Shown piece by piece: positions 36,747 to 41,701 of a stretch of 41,701 nucleotides of DNA. This DNA is from Verrucomicrobiales bacterium. Lineage in GTDB: Bacteria; Verrucomicrobiota; Verrucomicrobiia; Verrucomicrobiales; SLCJ01. Where the stretch lies: contig JBJTQJ010000091.1 of the NCBI GenBank assembly GCA_046075565.1, forward strand, positions 1-41,701, in the 5' to 3' direction. The stretch's first letter is position 1; every line of letters begins with the position of its first letter. The notes below the pieces were generated by a model that saw only the letters and a program-made list of their open reading frames with translations, did not search any database and was not told the origin of the DNA. Both the position numbers and the translations under genes were made by a program.

Positions 36747-37448
36747 ATGAATTCAAAAATAATCCATTTGTCCTGCCATGCGTTCGTGACAGCCGTCTTC
36801 ATCTGCCTCGGCAGCCAAGCCGCCCACGCCCAGACGACCGAATCCACGCCCATGGTGCGCCTCATTTGCGCTGGCGGCCTGGGTGAAGCTCAGGAAGTTG
36901 TGCTCGCCACCAAAAGCGAGAATGCGGGATGGAAAGAGGTGGCAAAGACGGAACTTCGGGATCCGATGGTTAGCAACTGGCTGCCCTCGCAGTACGGCGA
37001 GATCCACCTCCTCCGGCAAAAGAATGGCAAAGCCGAGTCCTTCGGCCATTTCACCCACGCGGAGGGGATCCGTCGCGCGGTGGTTATCCTGACCGCGAAT
37101 GAGGAAGCGAAAATCTGCCGCGCCGTCGTGCTCGACCCCGAAAAACTGGGTTTCAAAGAGGGCACTACGGTCATCATCAATGCCAGCAAGATGACCGGCA
37201 CCGCAACCCTTGGCACGGAAACCGTCACCGTCGAGGCCGGCAAAAATCTTTTGGCCAAGCCCGCACCGGACGAGACCGGGGGCTACCGGGTGATGGTGGA
37301 GTCCCCCGGCGCACAAGGCACAAAACAGGTTTGTTACGATCGTTATACAACCGGCATCCCGAACGCGCGCAACATCATCGTCCTGCTTCCCGATCCGAAT
37401 GTCACTCTCCGGGTCACCAGCCTCTCGGAATATGGTCCGTTTGAGTGA
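36747..37448 (+). CDS. Secreted hypothetical companion protein of cassette 1 (paralog b)
   Basis: Sec signal ending AHA-Q; collinear homology with 35996..36712. Confidence 0.85.
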   Translation: MNSKIIHLSCHAFVTAVFICLGSQAAHAQTTESTPMVRLICAGGLGEAQEVVLATKSENAGWKEVAKTELRDPMVSNWLPSQYGEIHLLRQKNGKAESFGHFTHAEGIRRAVVILTANEEAKICRAVVLDPEKLGFKEGTTVIINASKMTGTATLGTETVTVEAGKNLLAKPAPDETGGYRVMVESPGAQGTKQVCYDRYTTGIPNARNIIVLLPDPNVTLRVTSLSEYGPFE

Positions 37449-37632
37449 CGCCCATCTCCCGTCGTAGGCGGAGCGTTGCAGGGCTGTTCGGGAACTGATT
37501 CCATCCCCGTGCCCTTGTTTGGGGGGCAGCATCAAAGGCCATTCGGAGACCTCAAGGCCAAAAACGCCCAAGCTAGACCGGAGCTTTGACATTTTTGTCT
37601 CGTCATTTTTTCATCCGCATGAGAGAATGTGA

Positions 37633-37661
37633 TTGTAAGATCCGCTGGCGGTGTATACGAT
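37633..37661 (+). promoter_or_regulatory. Putative sigma70-type promoter of cassette 2
   Basis: TTGTAA-17 nt-TACGAT, 94 nt upstream of ATG 37756; same -10 context as cassette 1. Confidence 0.5.
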
Positions 37662-37755
37662 GCGGTTGCCGAGGACCTCTTTTTCGGAAAAGCGCCATTT
37701 TGGTATCTTCCCACCTTCCCTCCCTTCCCCATCCAGACCACTCTCCAAGCTGGCC

Positions 37756-40700
37756 ATGAAAAAGCGCAAACATCTCTCCGATCCATGCCCGGCGAAGCCT
37801 TGCAAAAATGGCTTCGCCTTGATCGCGACACTTTCCATTACCGCCCTCATTACCCTTCTGGTGCTCGGCTTGCTCTCGCTCTCGACCCAGACCGCAAGGA
37901 CCCATGCGCAGTGGAAATCAACTGCCATGGCGCAGGCCAACGCCCGGCTTTCGTTGATGCTGGCCATGGGCGAGTTGCAGCGTTTGGCAGGTGACGACCG
38001 GCGCGTGACCGCTCCCGCCGATTTGAAAATGGCCGCCGGCATCACCCATTCCAGCCGCTACTGGACCGGTGTTTACTCGAATGCCGCGGGAAACAACGCC
38101 TCCACGGAAATTTACACACGCACTCCCCAGTCCAGATTCGAGGGCTGGCTCGTCAGCGGAGCCAAACAATCCCTGACCAATCCCGACAGCACGACGGTGC
38201 CTCTTACCAATGCCATCCAATTGGTGGGACCAGGCAGCGCCGGCGACTCAACTGCCCAGTATGTCACGGCACCGACCCTTGATGTCCGGGCCGCAACAGG
38301 CGGTCAGACCTCGCGGATCAGTTGGTGGGTTGGCGACGAAGGCACCAAGGCGCGCGGCAACCTGCCCTCCGGTGATCCCCCGGGATTGGCCGCCACTGAA
38401 CTCACTCTCGGCAAACGCGGCGCCGGTTGGGAAACCGTGGCCGGGTTGGAAACATTCCCGGAAATCGGCGGAGCGAATGAGCCATTCCTGCGCAGGGCAT
38501 TGAGTGTGCCAAACCTGGCTCTCGCAGTGCCGGGAACCGAAGCCTCCCTTCGCCGTTACTTCCATGCTCTCACCAACGACTCCCGGACTCTTCTCACCAA
38601 TACCCTCACCGGTGGTTTGCGCATGGACCTGACTCCCTATGTGGAAAATGGTTTCCCCTCGACCCCTGCCAATTCCTTGCTGCCGAACCCTCCCGTAGCC
38701 GGGAGGAATATTATCCCCGCAACCGTGGCCCCGAATATTAAAGGGCCGATCTGGAGTCAATTGCGGGCGCTCCGTAGCCTGCGACCCACCAGCGGGGATA
38801 CACTGACGGTCAGTCTTGGAAACGGTGCCGACCAGCCGCTGGTCGCACCCCTGCTGCTTGACGTTCGCGTGCTCATGGGCGCGAAATTGGCGATGGTCCC
38901 CGGCAGCACCACTGAATATCGGATCCACCCGTGCGGAAAGATTGCCGTTTCGCTCGCCAATCCTTATCCCTATCGCCTCCGGTGGAGACAGAATCTCGAT
39001 GTGGAAGTCTTCCTCGTGGGCAGCGCCGGAAGGCCCTCCTGCATTTGGGAAGCGGCTGGCCAGCCGAGATACCTGCCGCAAAGTGCCGGAGACGCGTCGG
39101 TCTTCGGCAACGCCGTTTTCACCATCCCCGCAGGAGAACTGCCTCCGGGCGAAGCGCAGTCCTATACGGTGAGCGGCCGGGTTTTGCGTGCGGCCGCGAG
39201 TTCGTTGAATCCGGTGACCGTGCCGCTCGGTCCATTTCTGGCCCAAGGGCCGTCAGACTTCCGGAAATGCGTCGAACTCGAGCATACCGCGGTCAACACC
39301 GGTTCGAAGTCGCTCGATGTGCGTGAAGCACAAACCTCCTCAGTTCTCGGGATCGAAATGCGGCTCGGAGGCTCCTCCAGGGGTTCCGGAATTCTCCGCC
39401 GGGTCAACGCATTGGAATTGGACAACGCCTTCTTCTCCCAAGTTCGCCGGGGCGTTAACGCGGACATCGCATCCCGGATGACGGATCCATTCCCGCTGCA
39501 TCTCTACGCATTCCAAATCAGCCAGCCGGGCGCGGACTACGGCTCCCTGCTTCCGAACGCCAGTCAACTCGGAGTGCGCAATTCCACCCTGCGTACCTTC
39601 GCCGATTTCAATTTAAGGGCTGCGTATTTCCCCCGGCCGATTGCCGGATACCTGACCCCTCCCTATTTCATGGAAAGCTCGGATACCCTGGCGAGCCTGC
39701 CCTTTACCGAACCCGGTGGCGACACGGGGACCGCTTTCACCCGCAATCTCGCGCTGTCGCCGCTCGCCTGGGGGCATTCCCCGGTTTCCGGCCCCCGCAA
39801 AACCATTCTCTTCGATGTGCCCAATCACCTCGTATCCTTGGCTCAATTTCAGCATGCCGATCTGACCGCCAACGACGGCGTGTTATCGGTCGCCGTCCAG
39901 CCGGGCAATGCCCTTGGGAACTCCTATGCCCATCCCCTCGTGAAGCGCGGCCTTAATTCCGAAGTTCGTTACGATTACACCGTGCTGTCAACTCGTGCCG
40001 CCGCGGCCAGCGCCTTTCGCTATTACGATATTTCGTATCTGCTCAACGCCTCGCTCTGGGATTCCTATTTCCTCTCCACCGTGCCAACCACCGGGATCAC
40101 CACACCGCTCAATTCCCGCATCGTTGATCTCAAGGGAGGTTCATCGCCCGACCGTTTGCGCGATCCCCTGCGCTCCGCTTCCCAACTGGCTGCGGAAGGT
40201 GGATTGAATGTGAATTCCACCAGCAAGGAAGCATGGAAAGCTTTCCTCGCCTCCAATCGGAAGCTGAGGCACCCTGCCGACATCACCGCGGCCGAGGGCA
40301 TGATGTTCCCCCGCCATTTGTCGTTGCAAGGCAGCAGGGCTCTATTACCCAAACCGAGCGGAAATGCCGACGACTCGCTCAACGGCTTCCGGCGCATCAA
40401 TGATCAACAACTGGATGCTCTCGCCGAAGAGATCACGCGTCAGGTCCGGTTACGCGGCCCGTTCCTTTCGTTAGCCCACTTTGTGAATCGCTCTCTGGTC
40501 GATCTCACGAGCGACACGAACAACCTCGGCCGCAGCGGCGCGCTCCAGAGTGCAATCGACAATAGCGGATTGAACATGGCTCCCGGCCGCACCGACTCCG
40601 GCTTCGCCAATCTCACCCCCGCAAACAATCTTGTCCAGATGCAAGCACGGCCCGATGGCACTCCAGAGGCCGATATGGTGGGAGGTAGGGCAACCCCGCC

Positions 40701-41172
40701 GGGTCCCAACAACGACCCGGCCGATTCCGGCCCGCCTGTCTGGGCATCCGCATCAAGGGACCTCAACCCCGGCAACACCGGCAGCATGCTCGCTGATCGC
40801 GAGATGCTCACGAATCCCACCTACCGCCCCGAACAAGGCTTCCGCTCCACCGGCATTCCCGGATGGTTGACGCAAGCGGACATTCTGCAAGTCATCGGTC
40901 CGGCGATCAGCGCCCGTTCTGATACCTTCCGTCTTCGCGCCAGCAGCGAAACCTTGGATGCCAATGGAAGGGTTGTCGCCCGCTCATGGTGCGAGGCCAT
41001 CGTGCAACGTGTTCCGGAATTCCTCGATTCGACAAACCTCCCGGAAACCCCTACAATCATTTTAAGAAACGGCAGCCTGATCCAGAATCCGGATATCACG
41101 CCCGTGAACCGCCGCTATGGTCGTCGCTTCGAAGTGATCTCCTTCCGCTGGCTCCATCCCGATGAAATCTGA
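37756..41172 (+). CDS. Giant PilX/GspK-type prepilin-like protein (Verru_Chthon cassette protein A-like), copy 2
   Basis: KNG|FALIATLSITALITLLVLGLLSLS; AQANARLSLMLAMGELQ; LNVNSTSKEAWKAFL; RGPFLSLAHFVNR; RSDTFRLRA; SWCEAIVQR; FRWLHPDEI. Start at ATG 37756. Confidence 0.8.
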   Translation: MKKRKHLSDPCPAKPCKNGFALIATLSITALITLLVLGLLSLSTQTARTHAQWKSTAMAQANARLSLMLAMGELQRLAGDDRRVTAPADLKMAAGITHSSRYWTGVYSNAAGNNASTEIYTRTPQSRFEGWLVSGAKQSLTNPDSTTVPLTNAIQLVGPGSAGDSTAQYVTAPTLDVRAATGGQTSRISWWVGDEGTKARGNLPSGDPPGLAATELTLGKRGAGWETVAGLETFPEIGGANEPFLRRALSVPNLALAVPGTEASLRRYFHALTNDSRTLLTNTLTGGLRMDLTPYVENGFPSTPANSLLPNPPVAGRNIIPATVAPNIKGPIWSQLRALRSLRPTSGDTLTVSLGNGADQPLVAPLLLDVRVLMGAKLAMVPGSTTEYRIHPCGKIAVSLANPYPYRLRWRQNLDVEVFLVGSAGRPSCIWEAAGQPRYLPQSAGDASVFGNAVFTIPAGELPPGEAQSYTVSGRVLRAAASSLNPVTVPLGPFLAQGPSDFRKCVELEHTAVNTGSKSLDVREAQTSSVLGIEMRLGGSSRGSGILRRVNALELDNAFFSQVRRGVNADIASRMTDPFPLHLYAFQISQPGADYGSLLPNASQLGVRNSTLRTFADFNLRAAYFPRPIAGYLTPPYFMESSDTLASLPFTEPGGDTGTAFTRNLALSPLAWGHSPVSGPRKTILFDVPNHLVSLAQFQHADLTANDGVLSVAVQPGNALGNSYAHPLVKRGLNSEVRYDYTVLSTRAAAASAFRYYDISYLLNASLWDSYFLSTVPTTGITTPLNSRIVDLKGGSSPDRLRDPLRSASQLAAEGGLNVNSTSKEAWKAFLASNRKLRHPADITAAEGMMFPRHLSLQGSRALLPKPSGNADDSLNGFRRINDQQLDALAEEITRQVRLRGPFLSLAHFVNRSLVDLTSDTNNLGRSGALQSAIDNSGLNMAPGRTDSGFANLTPANNLVQMQARPDGTPEADMVGGRATPPGPNNDPADSGPPVWASASRDLNPGNTGSMLADREMLTNPTYRPEQGFRSTGIPGWLTQADILQVIGPAISARSDTFRLRASSETLDANGRVVARSWCEAIVQRVPEFLDSTNLPETPTIILRNGSLIQNPDITPVNRRYGRRFEVISFRWLHPDEI

Positions 41173-41701
41173 TCTCCGCGCCGTCATCCTCTTCTTCCTT
41201 GCCTGCTCTCCTCTGCCCGCCCAGAATGGCGGCGATGTGCCGCAGGTTTCACTGACCATCGATTTTGTCGCCTGGGGTGAGGATCTGCACGGACTCGAGG
41301 TGCGCTCGGAAAAAAAGTCCGATCCCGTCAGCGCCCTCGCCTTCCGCTTCTCGAAACCCTATCGTTACTCCGGCCCGCAAGTTCTGTCCCTTGGTTTCGG
41401 TCAAGTCTCCGATGAAGTGCAGGCCAATCTCGCCGAACTGCAGGCAGAGCAACGGAAAAGAGCCCGCGAAGATGGCATTGATCTCCCCGAACCGATTGCC
41501 CCGAAACCGGGGGTGCCCGATCTCAAGGGAGAAATCCCCGAATCGCTCGCATTCGCCCGGAAGAACAATCCCGGTTTGGCGGCGCTTGTCATGCTGCCCA
41601 CCAATTCCAAGAGGGTAACCATCCTTCTCTCGCCCGGACCCCAGCGCAGCCTGAACCCGCGGCTGTTTGATGATGATCCATCGCGGCACCCCGGCGGCAC
41701 G
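41162..41701 (+). CDS. Secreted hypothetical companion protein of cassette 2 (partial, runs off the window, absent from the ORF track)
   Basis: ATG 41162 overlaps the upstream gene's last 11 nt. Reads MKSDLRAVILFFLACSPLPAQNGGDVPQVSLTIDFVAWGEDLHGLEV...ALAFRFSKPYRYSGPQVL..., open to the window end, with a signal peptide. Confidence 0.8.
   Translation, partial: MKSDLRAVILFFLACSPLPAQNGGDVPQVSLTIDFVAWGEDLHGLEVRSEKKSDPVSALAFRFSKPYRYSGPQVLSLGFGQVSDEVQANLAELQAEQRKRAREDGIDLPEPIAPKPGVPDLKGEIPESLAFARKNNPGLAALVMLPTNSKRVTILLSPGPQRSLNPRLFDDDPSRHPGGT

Noticed and set aside
32484-41172. Diversity-generating retroelement or shufflon explanation for the two giant paralogs
   Set aside because: No reverse transcriptase or recombinase in the window and no near-identical TR/VR pair. 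Differences in the conserved blocks are ordinary synonymous changes, not adenine-specific.
41249-41700. Track ORFs at the window end (41249..41689 -, 41265..41618 +, 41401..41700 -)
   Set aside because: The real gene is the uninterrupted plus-strand frame from ATG 41162 with a signal peptide. These ORFs are its alternative frames.

Overview
This is a GC-rich (~60%) bacterial chromosome segment. Gene content and leader style suggest Verrucomicrobiota (Luteolibacter/Haloferula-like), which is an inference. The left half holds a GH95 alpha-L-fucosidase, three Tat-exported Gfo/Idh/MocA oxidoreductases, tRNA-Arg(CCG), a lysozyme-like lipoprotein, a membrane-anchored protein, a lipoprotein type I pullulanase, a trypsin-like protease, tsaA, an FHA protein, typA, an S8 subtilase, and a lower-GC WbsX/GH99-coiled-coil-methyltransferase fusion. 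The middle is a tightly packed minus-strand operon (addB-addA-guanine deaminase-CPA2 antiporter-plsC-plsC), divergent from an HrgA-like degenerate PD-(D/E)xK protein and a GNAT. The right end carries the strongest candidate for an undescribed system. It is a tandem array of cassettes, each a ~1150-aa GspK/PilX-type giant prepilin (Verru_Chthon-A-like, conserved ends and variable middle) followed by one or two secreted ~235-aa companion proteins, with a matching promoter in front of each cassette. REP/REPIN-like palindromes lie in two intergenic regions. No CRISPR array, integrase, transposase or reverse transcriptase was seen. All calls rest on motif recognition by eye; no searches were run.
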